Shown here: positions 39,799 through 50,480 of the stretch, one piece after another
How the letters are laid out: each line of letters starts with the position of its first letter
Numbering within the stretch: position 1 is the stretch's first letter
NCBI GenBank assembly: GCA_963663225.1
Contig: OY760142.1
Coordinates: 1,024,001-1,088,000, forward strand
Reading direction: 5' to 3'
Source of the DNA: Nitrospirota bacterium
GTDB lineage: Bacteria > Nitrospirota > UBA9217
Length of the DNA stretch: 64,000 nt
Made by a program: the position numbers and the translations under genes
Notes under the pieces: generated by a model
What the model was told of the DNA's origin: nothing
What the model saw: only the letters and a program-made list of their open reading frames with translations
The model's database searches: none

Positions 39799-41277
39799 AT
39801 GAGTGAACAAGAAAAGAAAGACACGAGTCAGCAAACCTGTCCCGGTGGCGAGGGTCCCGCATTTCCCGTGACCGACATGCCTGAATCGAAGTGGGGAAAG
39901 ATGACGAACAAAGAGCTCTTCTTCGCGATGGGACCGGCCGTCATCGCATTAGGCGGTTCGATTGGCGGCGGAGAATGGCTCATTGGTCCTTCACTTTTCG
40001 TTAAATACGGGCTCGTGCTTCTCTGGGTCACTACTGTTTCAACCACTCTTCAGACCTTCTTGAATCTGGAGATGACACGATATACTCTGGTCACCGGCGA
40101 ACCGATCACAATCGGGTTCATGCGACTGAAACCAGGCAAGGCATTCTGGGGCTGGCTCTTCACGATTGCCGGGTTCATCGAACGTGCCATGCCGGGCTGG
40201 GCGCTTGCCTGCGCCACGGCAGTCGCCGCGATGCAGTTGGGCAGGATTCCCGCTCTTGCGGATAAGCCAGTTGTCATCTTCTGGGCATACTTTATTTTTA
40301 TCGGGCTCGGCATACTGTTGTCCATCGGTGGCAAGGTCGAGAAGATACTGGAGTATGTACACTGGGCTATGTGCGCGGGCATCATTGGCGGTCTCATTTT
40401 GCTCGACGCTTTCCTGGCGCCTGCAACCACCTGGGGCGAGGCGCTGGTCGGTTATTTCAGTTTTGGAGTCATGCCGCCGGGGGTCGACATTCTTTTGTTC
40501 GGCGCGCTGGTCGGTTACTCCGCTTATGGCGGATTCGGCAATAACTGCCTGACGAACTGGTATAGAGACAAGGGCTACGGGATGTCCGCAAAGATCGGTT
40601 ACATTGCCAGCGCCATCGGCGGCAAAGACGTTCATGTTTCTCCGTCCGGGAATATGCCCGCCCCAACCGCGGAGAACGTCGCACATTTTAAGGGATGGTG
40701 GAAACTCCTCAGTTTTGACCAATGGGCCATATTCTGGGTGGGAGGCATGCTTGGGATGGCCTTGCCCGGCATCCTTTACGTATGTCAGGTTCCGCAGGGG
40801 ACGTCCCTCCCGAGCTGGGGCATCGCAGTCGCTGCGGCGCAGCATTTTGGAACCCTTGGCCTTTACATGATTGCCGGGATGGGGTTCTGGATCCTGTTTT
40901 CGAGTGCCATGAGCAATCTGGATCTGGTGCCGCGGCAATGCACCGACATGTTGTGGTACTCGTCACCAGGCATCCGCAAGTTGGCCAAGAACGATATCCG
41001 CAAAGTCTACTATGGTTTGTTGGTTGCAGTGCTTGTGTGGGGCACAATTTACGTGAACATAACCCTGCCGATTATCATCCTCGCAATCAGCGCCAACGTC
41101 GCCAACTTTACGATGGCTATATCAGCAATAATGACGGTCATCGTCAATCGAAAATTCCTGGCCAAGGAATTCCGTCCGTCGATCTGGCGTGAAATCATTA
41201 TGATTGCCAGTATGCTTTTCTTCGGGTTCTTTTTCTTGCTGTTTATTCTGACCCAGTTCTTTGGTGTCAAGTTTTAG
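39799..41277 (+). CDS. NRAMP/APC-superfamily-like membrane transporter, substrate unknown
   Basis: About 11 hydrophobic segments, GPAVIALGGSIGGGEW, RYTLVTGE. Lacks the canonical DPGN motif. AAGGAGGT RBS. Confidence 0.7.
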   Translation: MSEQEKKDTSQQTCPGGEGPAFPVTDMPESKWGKMTNKELFFAMGPAVIALGGSIGGGEWLIGPSLFVKYGLVLLWVTTVSTTLQTFLNLEMTRYTLVTGEPITIGFMRLKPGKAFWGWLFTIAGFIERAMPGWALACATAVAAMQLGRIPALADKPVVIFWAYFIFIGLGILLSIGGKVEKILEYVHWAMCAGIIGGLILLDAFLAPATTWGEALVGYFSFGVMPPGVDILLFGALVGYSAYGGFGNNCLTNWYRDKGYGMSAKIGYIASAIGGKDVHVSPSGNMPAPTAENVAHFKGWWKLLSFDQWAIFWVGGMLGMALPGILYVCQVPQGTSLPSWGIAVAAAQHFGTLGLYMIAGMGFWILFSSAMSNLDLVPRQCTDMLWYSSPGIRKLAKNDIRKVYYGLLVAVLVWGTIYVNITLPIIILAISANVANFTMAISAIMTVIVNRKFLAKEFRPSIWREIIMIASMLFFGFFFLLFILTQFFGVKF

Positions 41278-41310
41278 GCGGAACGCGGTGTGCAGCATAC
41301 GTAAAAAATT

Positions 41311-41345
41311 AACCCCCCACCTGTTTCCGGGTGAGGGGTTTCATT
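41311..41345. terminator. Probable terminator between the transporter and ettA
   Basis: AACCCCCCACC...GGTGAGGGGTT hairpin with flanking A/T-rich sequence, between convergent genes. Confidence 0.55.
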
Positions 41346-41420
41346 TGGTCACGCAGCGATGGAATTATTTAAAAAAAGTACGTCGGCCGAACTGAAACAA
41401 CCGCTTCGTTTTTTTACGAT

Positions 41421-43103
41421 TTACCGGGTCAAACGGCGATATTTGATCCGGTGCGGCTGATCTGCTTCAGCGCCAAGCCGCGTCTTGCGATCAGCTTCGT
41501 ACTCGGTGTAATTCCCGTCGAAGAAGACCACTTTGCTGTCGCCTTCGAACGCGAGAATGTGTGTGGCAATCCTGTCCAGGAACCACCGGTCATGGCTGAT
41601 GACCACGGCGCAGCCCGCGAAGTTTTCGAGCGCCTCCTCAAGGGCCCGCATGGTGTTCACGTCCAGATCGTTTGTCGGCTCGTCCAGAAGCAGCACGTTC
41701 GCTTCTTCTTTCAGCATGCGGGCAAGGTGTACACGGTTCCGTTCGCCGCCGGAAAGCACACCCACCTTCTTTTGCTGGTCCGTGCCTGAAAAGTTGAAGC
41801 GGGCGACATAGGCGCGGGAATTCACGAGCTGTTTGCCGAGCTGCACCTGATCCTGCCCGTCGGTGATCACCTGCCAGATCGTCTTGCTGGGATCGAGCGC
41901 TTCCCTGCTCTGGTCGACATACGCGAGTTTTACGGTTTCTCCGATTTTGACCGTGCCTGCATCCGCTTTTTCCTGGCCGGTGATCATACGGAAGAGCGTC
42001 GTCTTGCCCGCGCCGTTCGGACCGATCACGCCGACGATGCCGCCCGGCGGCAGCATGAAGCTCATGTTCTCAACCAGGATATTGTCGCCGTAGGCTTTTG
42101 TCACGTTCTCTGCTTCGATCACGACCTTTCCAAGACGCGGTCCCGGCGGAATATAGATCTCCAGTTCTTTTGCGCGTTTTTCGCCCTGCTGGCCGAGCAA
42201 AGCTTCGTACGAATTAATGCGCGCTTTTGCCTTCGCATGCCTGCCTTTGGGAGACATTCTGATCCATTCGAGTTCCCGCTGGAGGGTCTTCTGACGGTCG
42301 CTTTCCGTTTTCTCCTCCTGTTTCAAACGCTCCTGTTTCTGCTCAAGCCATGACGAATAATTTCCTTTCCAGGGAATGCCCTGGCCCCGGTCAAGTTCGA
42401 GTATCCAGCCTGCGACATTGTCGAGAAAATACCGGTCATGCGTGACGGCAATCACCGTGCCTTCGTACTGCTGCAGATGGTGTTCCAGCCAGGCCACGGA
42501 CTCCGCATCCAGATGGTTTGTGGGTTCATCCAGCAGAAGGATGTCCGGTTTCTGGAGCAGCAGCCGGCAGAGCGCCACGCGCCGCCGCTCTCCGCCGGAA
42601 AGGACCTTCACCGGAGTGTCTCCTGCTGGACACCGCAGCGCGTCCATCGCCAGATCGAGCCTGCTGTCGAGGTCCCAGGCGTCGGCATGATCTATCTTTT
42701 CCTGCACCGCCCCCTGACGTTCGATCAGCTTCTGCATCTCGTCGTCGTTCATAGGTTCGCTGAACTTCGCGGAAATTGCATTGTACTCGTTTACGAGGTC
42801 CACGATTTCCTGCACGCCCTGTTCTACGATCTGACGGACGGTCTTGTTGTTGTCAAGCGCTGGCTCCTGTTCGAGAAAACCAACGGTATATCCGGGAGAA
42901 AGCACCGCTTCCCCCACAAATTCCTTGTCCACGCCCGCCATGATGCGCAGGAGCGAGCTTTTTCCGGAACCGTTCAGGCCCAGCACGCCGATTTTTGCGC
43001 CATAAAAATAGGAAAGATAAATATCCTTCAACACCGGTTTCTTGTCATAAAACTTGCCCACTCCCACCATGGAGTAGATGATTTTGTTCGGCTCATTTGC
43101 CAT
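41421..43103 (-). CDS. ettA: Energy-dependent translational throttle ABC-F protein
   Basis: [52 protein letters not shown], ending PHRIKYRRL. Confidence 0.95.
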   Translation of the reverse strand: MANEPNKIIYSMVGVGKFYDKKPVLKDIYLSYFYGAKIGVLGLNGSGKSSLLRIMAGVDKEFVGEAVLSPGYTVGFLEQEPALDNNKTVRQIVEQGVQEIVDLVNEYNAISAKFSEPMNDDEMQKLIERQGAVQEKIDHADAWDLDSRLDLAMDALRCPAGDTPVKVLSGGERRRVALCRLLLQKPDILLLDEPTNHLDAESVAWLEHHLQQYEGTVIAVTHDRYFLDNVAGWILELDRGQGIPWKGNYSSWLEQKQERLKQEEKTESDRQKTLQRELEWIRMSPKGRHAKAKARINSYEALLGQQGEKRAKELEIYIPPGPRLGKVVIEAENVTKAYGDNILVENMSFMLPPGGIVGVIGPNGAGKTTLFRMITGQEKADAGTVKIGETVKLAYVDQSREALDPSKTIWQVITDGQDQVQLGKQLVNSRAYVARFNFSGTDQQKKVGVLSGGERNRVHLARMLKEEANVLLLDEPTNDLDVNTMRALEEALENFAGCAVVISHDRWFLDRIATHILAFEGDSKVVFFDGNYTEYEADRKTRLGAEADQPHRIKYRRLTR

Positions 43104-43221
43104 GAATTCTGTGATCCTTCCGTATAAAAGTAGGCCTTGTTGTACTCTGATTGCCGCCTTGTGTCAACAGAAAAGAATACCTGTCACGCCCGCAAATCGC
43201 GCATCAGCACGGCTGGACAAA

Positions 43222-43980
43222 TTACCCCGTGTGCATGCGCCCATCATATTTCATCCCGCACACAGGACAAGCGGGATCTTTTCTGGTTTTGAACCTGTGG
43301 AAACCTCCCGTCACGCCCTCCCATACCAGCAGTTCACCTCTCAGCGAAGAGCCCTTCCCCGCGATATAGTTGATGGCCTCAAGCGCCTGCAGGGAACCGA
43401 CGACCCCCGCCGCGGCACCCAGCACCGGAGAAACTTCGGTCGGCGGCGCCTCAGGAAAAATACAGGACAGGCAAGGCGTCTCCGGGGATTGGATGACGGT
43501 AAGTCTTCCCTCCATGCCCCGGATACTGCCGAACACAAAAGGGATTTTTTTCCGGATAGAGCACTCGTTCAGAAGATAGCGGGTCTCAAAATTGTCCAAA
43601 CAATCGATGATGATATCGGAGTCTTTCACCAGTTCGTCGACATTGTCCCTGATGATTTTTACCGGAAGCGGCGTGATCGTAATCTCGGGGTTGAGGCATT
43701 CGAGCGTCTTCTTCCCGGAGACCGCCTTATTCACGCCGATCCGGGTATGGTCATGCAATGTCTGCCGGTTGAGGTTCGAAAGTTCTACGGCGTCATAATC
43801 GCAGATCCTGATATTCCCCACTCCGGCGGCGGTCAGATACATTGATGCCGGCGATCCGAGACCGCCGACCCCGGCCACAAATACCGTGGAGGCCTTGAGC
43901 CTGCGCTGTGCGCCTTCCCCCCAGCCTTCCATGATCATCTGCCTGTTGTATCGTTTTTGCTCTGCCTCAGAAAGTTTCAC
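43222..43980 (-). CDS. HesA/MoeB/ThiF family adenylyltransferase
   Basis: RYNRQ, GVGGLG, D.VELSNLNRQ, CLDNF, and two CxxC motifs (CLSC, CPVC). GTG start. Confidence 0.9.
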   Translation of the reverse strand: MKLSEAEQKRYNRQMIMEGWGEGAQRRLKASTVFVAGVGGLGSPASMYLTAAGVGNIRICDYDAVELSNLNRQTLHDHTRIGVNKAVSGKKTLECLNPEITITPLPVKIIRDNVDELVKDSDIIIDCLDNFETRYLLNECSIRKKIPFVFGSIRGMEGRLTVIQSPETPCLSCIFPEAPPTEVSPVLGAAAGVVGSLQALEAINYIAGKGSSLRGELLVWEGVTGGFHRFKTRKDPACPVCGMKYDGRMHTG

Positions 43981-44019
43981 ACAATTACCTCTGCTGTTCA
44001 ACTGCTGCGTGGTAAAAAA

Positions 44020-44889
44020 CTATTTCAACCGCGCACGCGCTTTCCGGATCATCATATCCGGAACATAGGATGATTTGAATATCCGCAGGTTCTCCTTGTC
44101 AAGGTCCTGTTCCAGATTCAGGTATTTGTATTTCGGCGGCAGTATCTTCGCAAAATTGTTGAACAAGTACTGATACACCCCTTTGAACTTTGTTCTGGCC
44201 TTCGCAAAATGCAGCACGAAAGTCTCTTCATTCAACTCCTCGCCCAGCACAAACCCAGCCGGCTCATCATCCGCGTAGTAGATGCCGCCGCAGAGGACCA
44301 GTTCTTCGTACCGGTCAAGCGACTCAAGACAGGGGGCGTAATCGGTTTCCTCCGGCGCCGACTCCGATGTCTTCAGCCAGTCATCCAGAACGAAACGCGC
44401 GTCGCCCAGACGGTCATTCGTAAGCGGACGAGCATCGTGCCGGTACGCTTCGAGAAATTGCTTCAGCAGGTTTCTTTTCTTATGAAGGTGGCGTCCGGCG
44501 TAGCTGCTCATTTTCGCGACGGTGTATACGTAATCAGCGTCGCCCTCTGCAAAGGTTATTTCGAATTCGCGCGGATCGAACAGGGAAAGCCTGTCTTCCG
44601 GTACGGGAAATAAAAAGTCAACGCCCTGCATCATTTTCTTAAGATAAGCACTATCCATTTCCCGAATGTCTCGTGTGGGCATGAGATAGGCATGTCCGTC
44701 GTAAGACCGGCCCCTGATGAAAATATCGTCGTCAAACAACACTTCGTATTTGTGATTTTTTCGAAAGAGATACAGGTTTGCAAACGTATATTCCGACACT
44801 CCGGTTACGACAGCTTTGAAGCGAGGCATAAGCAGCTCTTTGTGTTCTATACCCAGTTTTTCGATCCGCATAGAATGTCCGTTTTGCAT
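44020..44889 (-). CDS. DUF2156 / phosphatidylglycerol lysyltransferase C-terminal-like protein (stand-alone)
   Basis: SEYTFANLYLF, DYVY, G..LHKKRN, HFAKA...GVYQY, NLEQDL...LR..KSSY.P. Confidence 0.8.
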   Translation of the reverse strand: MQNGHSMRIEKLGIEHKELLMPRFKAVVTGVSEYTFANLYLFRKNHKYEVLFDDDIFIRGRSYDGHAYLMPTRDIREMDSAYLKKMMQGVDFLFPVPEDRLSLFDPREFEITFAEGDADYVYTVAKMSSYAGRHLHKKRNLLKQFLEAYRHDARPLTNDRLGDARFVLDDWLKTSESAPEETDYAPCLESLDRYEELVLCGGIYYADDEPAGFVLGEELNEETFVLHFAKARTKFKGVYQYLFNNFAKILPPKYKYLNLEQDLDKENLRIFKSSYVPDMMIRKARARLK

Positions 44890-44892
44890 GAA

Positions 44893-45711
44893 TCAGCTGT
44901 TGGATTCGTAATGTTCATCATGAATATAGTGGATGATCTCCCAGGAGGTTTCTTCAATGGATTTGTTCGTGGTATCAATCATTTTCCAGCTCCGGTTTTT
45001 TCTGAGAAGACCCCAGATGTGCTCAACCTCGGCGAATATTTTCTTGAAATCACTGTAGCTGTGTTCAAGATTGGAGTGCTTTTGGCGCACCTGCCTCACT
45101 TTTTGGAGGACCTCAGGGTCCATGTTGAGGCAAATGACCCTGCGCTGGTCGATTTTGAACAACTCCTCCGGCAGAGGAATGTCCGGCACCACCGGTATAT
45201 TTGCCACCTTAAAGCCTTCCTGGGCAAGGTAGAATGACGTGGGCGTCTTTGAGGTCCGGGAGAGCCCGAGGATGACGACATCAGCCGCGTTCAGACCCTC
45301 CGTTCTCTTCCCGTCATCGTGCTGCAGGGTATACTCGATTGCATCAATCCGCTTAAAATAGCGTTCGTCAACTTTTCTGAGCAGCATCGGATTTTCCAGC
45401 GGTTCCTGCTGCAGATAGGAGGCGAGCGTATGGATGAGCGGGCCCAGAATATCAAGATGGAACATTTTGTGCTTTGCGCAATAGGCGATTGTATGGTCCC
45501 GCATTTCCTTTTTCACAAATGTGAACGCGATCAGCGCCCGTGCGGATTTTGCCTGGTCGAGAATCTCCTGCAGGTCGTCTACCGAATCAATATTATGAAA
45601 AAGCGACATTTTTGCCCGGGCGCGGTTGAACTGCACGATGGCGGCCCGCATAATGTGGAGACCGCTCTGACCGGTTGCATCGGAAATAATATAGATCTTT
45701 TTTATGGCCAT
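44893..45711 (-). CDS. PEP synthase / pyruvate phosphate dikinase regulatory kinase-pyrophosphorylase (DUF299)
   Basis: IISDATGQS, YFKRIDAIEYTLQHDDG, GLSRTSKTPTSFYLA, DTTNKSIEET. GGAGG RBS. Confidence 0.9.
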   Translation of the reverse strand: MAIKKIYIISDATGQSGLHIMRAAIVQFNRARAKMSLFHNIDSVDDLQEILDQAKSARALIAFTFVKKEMRDHTIAYCAKHKMFHLDILGPLIHTLASYLQQEPLENPMLLRKVDERYFKRIDAIEYTLQHDDGKRTEGLNAADVVILGLSRTSKTPTSFYLAQEGFKVANIPVVPDIPLPEELFKIDQRRVICLNMDPEVLQKVRQVRQKHSNLEHSYSDFKKIFAEVEHIWGLLRKNRSWKMIDTTNKSIEETSWEIIHYIHDEHYESNS

Positions 45712-45828
45712 GATGGTCCTCCTTGCCGTGCTTCGGGAAGCATGCATCCGCGGAAAGACGCCCTGCTCACCGGAAGGCAAATCTGAAATATTACTGGGTT
45801 TTTTTACGCTTGCCCTGACGATATATTG

Positions 45829-45857
45829 ACGATAACAAAACAAAAATAGACTGTCAA
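45829..45857 (-). promoter_or_regulatory. Sigma-70-type promoter for the DUF299-DUF2156-moeB run
   Basis: Minus strand TTGACA, 17 bp, TATCGT, with an extended -10 TG. Confidence 0.5.
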
Positions 45858-45994
45858 TTATAAAGTACCATCCTAGCGATCGAACCGCGACCACATGGCC
45901 AATGTCCGCCCCTTCCACTCAGCTTCAGCGTCGCGCTGAAGCTCCGCGCAGAAAACCAACCTCCTGTGATGCGTTTTTGTGCTATGTTTTATGC

Positions 45995-46828
45995 ATGTAC
46001 AAAAAAGTGCTCGCCGCAGTCAATGAACACTTGAATTCCGAGGTATCGGCCCGCTACGCGCTGCATCTGGCTAAAGCCGCAAATGCCCGGATTTACTTCT
46101 GCTCTATCGCAGAAAACAGCCTGAACGACAAAAATTTCGGTGCTGCCGAGGAAGCGGTCAAACGGTTGGCCGCACGCGCGGGCGAATTAGGACTCAAACC
46201 GAGCTGCATTCTTGAGACGGGCAACCCCGTCGAGCAAATCAAAAAGATAGTGGTCCGGGAGGAAATCGACGTCGTTTTTGCCGCAACGCGCAGAGAAGAT
46301 TTGAAACGGCGGTTTTATGCGCGGACCATGGCAAGACAGTTGTCACTCGCCCTTCCGTGTTCCGTTGCGCTTGTGCGGGTAGCGCATCTCGGCCGTGCAC
46401 ATCCCAGGACCATTCTTGTTCCACTCAAGGCGCGCATCGACCATATTGCTGAACGCGCGGCCTTCACGGGTCTCATGGCAGGCGCTTTCGCTTCACGGGT
46501 CTCTCTTCTGCATGCTCCAAAACCGCTGAAGCGTTTTTTTCATGGAGAAATTCATTTAACGCCCGTGGAATGGGAGGAACGATTGCCGCCTGATATCAGC
46601 CGGTTCATCGATTCGCTCAGTCATTATCATGTTTCTCATGAAAAAAAACTCACCTCGGGTATCGCAGGCAGAAACATTGCAATCGAGGCCGCCGTCAAAC
46701 GCCATGACCTTATTATTATGGGCGCGAGCATGAGGAGCTTGTGGAGCTCCCTGTTCCGGGGTAATCCCGTTGAACAAGTCCTCCGGAATACCCCCTGCAA
46801 TCTTATTATTTTGAAACCAGCAAAGTAG
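45995..46828 (+). CDS. Tandem universal stress protein
   Basis: YKKVLAAV, GNPVEQI, LPCSVALVR; second domain DLIIMGAS..GNPVEQVLRNTPCNLIILK. Confidence 0.85.
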   Translation: MYKKVLAAVNEHLNSEVSARYALHLAKAANARIYFCSIAENSLNDKNFGAAEEAVKRLAARAGELGLKPSCILETGNPVEQIKKIVVREEIDVVFAATRREDLKRRFYARTMARQLSLALPCSVALVRVAHLGRAHPRTILVPLKARIDHIAERAAFTGLMAGAFASRVSLLHAPKPLKRFFHGEIHLTPVEWEERLPPDISRFIDSLSHYHVSHEKKLTSGIAGRNIAIEAAVKRHDLIIMGASMRSLWSSLFRGNPVEQVLRNTPCNLIILKPAK

Positions 46829-46949
46829 CCGGCTGTATCCGCGCCATACAGCATCCGGGAAAGAACCCGATCCGCAAAAACAAAAGAATATAACCACCGT
46901 CTCATGCAAACATGCAGGTGCCGGTTTTTCATTTCTACACGATACGCGT

Positions 46950-49604
46950 ATGAAAATACATGCTTTGACAACAAAAGAAGTCTTCCGCAGTCTGGTGACT
47001 TCCGGGCAGGGCCTTTCCGAGGAAGAAACAGAGCGGCGACTCCACGAGTTCGGATTGAATGAGATTTCTGAAGTAAAAAGAAAAAATCTGCCCGCACGGC
47101 TTTTGGACCAATTCACCCACTTTCTCGCACTCGTGCTGTTATTTGCTGCGGGGCTTTCCTTTCTTTCCGAGTACCTGCGTCCCGGCGAAGGCATGCTCAC
47201 CCTCGGCATTGCCATTCTTGCCGTCGTATTCATAAATGCACTCTTCACCTTTATACAGGAATACCGCGCGGAAAAAGCTCTTGACGCCCTCAAAAAGCTC
47301 CTGCCTTTTTTCGTAACAGTCATCCGGCAGGGCCGGGAGCGGGAACTTCCCGCGCGCCACGTCGTGCCCGGCGACCTGATCCTGCTTACGGAAGGCTGCA
47401 AAGTTCCTGCGGACGCCAGACTCATCACGACTGCCGATCTGAAAGTGAACCATGCACCGTTGACCGGCGAATCAGAACCGGTCCTAAGAAATCATGAACC
47501 GTACCAGGGTGAATTTGCAGAAAGCCCCAATATCGTCTTCGCAGGCACAACGGTTGTCAGCGGATCCGGAAAAGCGATTGCGTTCGCGACCGGCATGGGC
47601 ACGGAATTCGGGCGGATCGCGCATTTAACCAGCTCGATAGATGCGGGTTTGAGCCCGCTTCAGAAAGAACTCGCAAAAGCGACGCGGATTGCCGCAGGTA
47701 TTGCCGCCGCAGTCGGCCTTTTCTTTTTTGTCCTTGGTTTCCTGATCGGACGGAGCTTCTGGGACAACTTCATTTTCGGCGTCGGCATCACCGTGGCACT
47801 CATTCCTGAAGGCATGCTGCCCACTGTCACGCTCGCTCTTGCCATGGGCAGCCAGCGTATGGCAAAGCGAAAAGCGTTGATAAAAACCCTTACCTCCGTT
47901 GAAACGCTCGGCTCGGTAACCGTAATCTGCACTGACAAAACCGGGACCCTCACCCAGAACGACATGACGGCAACCACGGTTTGGGCGGACAACAGTATCT
48001 GTGAAATTTCCGATACGCTGCCCGAAGCCGCGCAGGACGTCATGCGGGCAGCCTTGCTCTGCAATAACGCACGGGTGATCGACGGCAACTATAAAGGCGA
48101 TCCTACAGAGACCGCGCTGCTAAAGGCGGCACGAAAGGTTCTCGACGATATGCCGGCGGAACGATTGTTCGAAATTCCTTTTGATGCAGACCGCAAGATG
48201 ATGACCACGGTCAACACCGTAGCCGGACGCTGCTTCATTTTTTCAAAAGGAGCGTTGGAAAAAATTTTGTCTCTTTGCACCCATATCCTGATACAAGGGT
48301 CCCGGCAGACACTGGACGAGAATAACCGTAAGCATGTGTTCGAGACGTATCATGCGCTGATGGACAAAGGGCTTCGGGTATTGGCGTTTGCTCAAAAAAG
48401 ACCGGAGAACCAGGGACCGAAGGACAGCTGGAATAAGGAAATAGAAACAAATATGACCTTCCTGGGCCTCATTGGGCTTCATGATCCGCCGCGGCCCGAA
48501 GTACCCGAGGCTGTTGAAAAATGCAGACAAGCGGGCATACGGATCATTATGATAACCGGCGACGCCGGCAGGACCGCGGCCGCCATCGCGCGGGAAATCA
48601 ATTTGGTGCACGGTGCGCCTTTTGTCATCGAAGGACAGGAACTCGAGCAGATGTCCGACGGAACATTGAGAAAAACGCTCTCAGAGCAAGAAACCATTTT
48701 TGCCCGCATGGCGCCGAAGCACAAAATGCGCGTTGTGTCCCTCTTGAAAGAAGAAGGTGAAGTGGTGGCTGTGACCGGCGACGGCGTGAACGACGCTCCC
48801 GCGCTCAGGAAGGCGGACATCGGAATTTCCATGGGCATTGCCGGAACCGATGTGGCAAAAGAAGCTTCTGATATCGTGCTGCTGGATGACAATTTCGCCA
48901 CGATCGTGAATGCCGTCGAGGAAGGACGGACGGTATATGAAAACATCAAAAAATTTTTAACGTATATTCTTGCGTCGAACATCCCCGAAGCCGTGCCATA
49001 TCTCGCCTATATTCTGTTGAGAATTCCCCTGCCGCTCACCATCATGCAGATCCTTGCCGTGGACCTCGGCACGGACATGCTGCCGGCGCTTGCCCTCGCC
49101 TCGGAAAAACCGACGCCCGGCATTATGAAAAAGCCTCCCCGGAAGCGGACAGAGCGTCTTCTGAGCGCTCCACTGATTGCGCGGGCATATCTATTTCTCG
49201 GACCGATAGAAGCAGTCGCGTGCATGTTCGGTTTTTTCTGGGTACTGGCAGGAAGCGGATGGGCATGGGGAACTGCAACTGTATTGAATGACCCACTCTA
49301 TATACAGGCAACGACGGCATGCCTGACCGCGATCATCATCACCCAAACGGCAAACGTATTCGCCTGCAGATCGAGAGATGAATCGTTTTTCAGCACCGGT
49401 TTTTTCTCGAACAGGCTCATCTTCCTTGGAATCGCGGTCGAACTTCTGCTGCAGCTCTTTATAGTCTACCACCCGTTGGGCAACAGGATATTCTCTACCG
49501 CTCCTCTTTCGCCTGAAGCTTGGCTCGTTCTTGTCCCGTTTGCTTTCGTTCTCTTTTTTGCTGAGGAAACCAGAAAGTTCATTTTCCGCCGCATGAAAAC
49601 CTGA
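46950..49604 (+). CDS. P-type (P2) cation-transporting ATPase
   Basis: TGES, IPEG, DKTGT, KGALE, MITGD, TGDGVNDAPAL. Confidence 0.93.
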   Translation: MKIHALTTKEVFRSLVTSGQGLSEEETERRLHEFGLNEISEVKRKNLPARLLDQFTHFLALVLLFAAGLSFLSEYLRPGEGMLTLGIAILAVVFINALFTFIQEYRAEKALDALKKLLPFFVTVIRQGRERELPARHVVPGDLILLTEGCKVPADARLITTADLKVNHAPLTGESEPVLRNHEPYQGEFAESPNIVFAGTTVVSGSGKAIAFATGMGTEFGRIAHLTSSIDAGLSPLQKELAKATRIAAGIAAAVGLFFFVLGFLIGRSFWDNFIFGVGITVALIPEGMLPTVTLALAMGSQRMAKRKALIKTLTSVETLGSVTVICTDKTGTLTQNDMTATTVWADNSICEISDTLPEAAQDVMRAALLCNNARVIDGNYKGDPTETALLKAARKVLDDMPAERLFEIPFDADRKMMTTVNTVAGRCFIFSKGALEKILSLCTHILIQGSRQTLDENNRKHVFETYHALMDKGLRVLAFAQKRPENQGPKDSWNKEIETNMTFLGLIGLHDPPRPEVPEAVEKCRQAGIRIIMITGDAGRTAAAIAREINLVHGAPFVIEGQELEQMSDGTLRKTLSEQETIFARMAPKHKMRVVSLLKEEGEVVAVTGDGVNDAPALRKADIGISMGIAGTDVAKEASDIVLLDDNFATIVNAVEEGRTVYENIKKFLTYILASNIPEAVPYLAYILLRIPLPLTIMQILAVDLGTDMLPALALASEKPTPGIMKKPPRKRTERLLSAPLIARAYLFLGPIEAVACMFGFFWVLAGSGWAWGTATVLNDPLYIQATTACLTAIIITQTANVFACRSRDESFFSTGFFSNRLIFLGIAVELLLQLFIVYHPLGNRIFSTAPLSPEAWLVLVPFAFVLFFAEETRKFIFRRMKT

Positions 49605-49672
49605 TTTCAACCAGTGTTTTGAACGGCTATATGATATACTGAAAATAACGCGCTTTTCCCACGGGAGGTTGC

Positions 49673-50455
49673 ATGCTGGTAATCGCCGAGAATCTCAATA
49701 TACGAAACACGGACTATGCGGATGCGCTCAAAAAAAACGACTGGAAAACAGTCACGGCCATGGCAAAAGAACTTGCTTCGGCAGGCGCGGAAGCAATCAA
49801 CGTCCAGGTTTCTACAGACGGTGTGGACGACGAGAATGCGCTCCCTCTCGCGGCCGAGGCGGTTCAACTGGGCGCCGGCCTTCCCTTATGCCTCGATTCA
49901 CGCAACATAGCGGCGCTCAGAAAGACCGTGCCGGTCTGCAGCCAGCCGCCGATCATCAACTACCTCTCCGGGGATGAAAAAAACGCCGGAGAAATGCTGG
50001 CGCTGGTGCGGGAAACCGAGTCGAACCTCGTGATCCGTGCGCTGAAGGGGACTGTTCCCCTGACGCTCGAGGACAAGCTCATGGTCCTCGAAGATCTCCT
50101 CGAAAAAGCGAACGCGGCAGGCGTCCCGAATGAATGCCTCTTTGCGGATCCTTCAGTCGTGCATATCGGCGACGGTATGGGGCAGGAACATCTCCTGAAC
50201 GCACACGAAAGCATCGTTGTTCTGAACGGAATGGTTGATCCTCCGCTTAATACCATTGTCTGGCTGTCGAACATAACGACCGGTCTTCCGAAAAAAATAG
50301 CGTCGGTTGTGGCCTCTGCATACCTCAGCTACCTCGCCGGTGCAGGCCTGCACGCCGCCCTGCTGAATGTAAAAGACGCGGACGTGATGAAAACCGTTTA
50401 TCTGATCAAGGCGTTCCGCGACGAAGTCGTTTTTACACCGGCTGATATGGCGTAG
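49673..50455 (+). CDS. Pterin-binding methyltetrahydrofolate:corrinoid methyltransferase-like protein (AcsE-like)
   Basis: MLVIAENLN, PLCLDS, IINY, FADP and LSNIT match the DHPS-fold methyltransferase pattern. Confidence 0.75.
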   Translation: MLVIAENLNIRNTDYADALKKNDWKTVTAMAKELASAGAEAINVQVSTDGVDDENALPLAAEAVQLGAGLPLCLDSRNIAALRKTVPVCSQPPIINYLSGDEKNAGEMLALVRETESNLVIRALKGTVPLTLEDKLMVLEDLLEKANAAGVPNECLFADPSVVHIGDGMGQEHLLNAHESIVVLNGMVDPPLNTIVWLSNITTGLPKKIASVVASAYLSYLAGAGLHAALLNVKDADVMKTVYLIKAFRDEVVFTPADMA

Positions 50456-50480
50456 AGGCACTCCGCTCCCGCTTGCTGCT

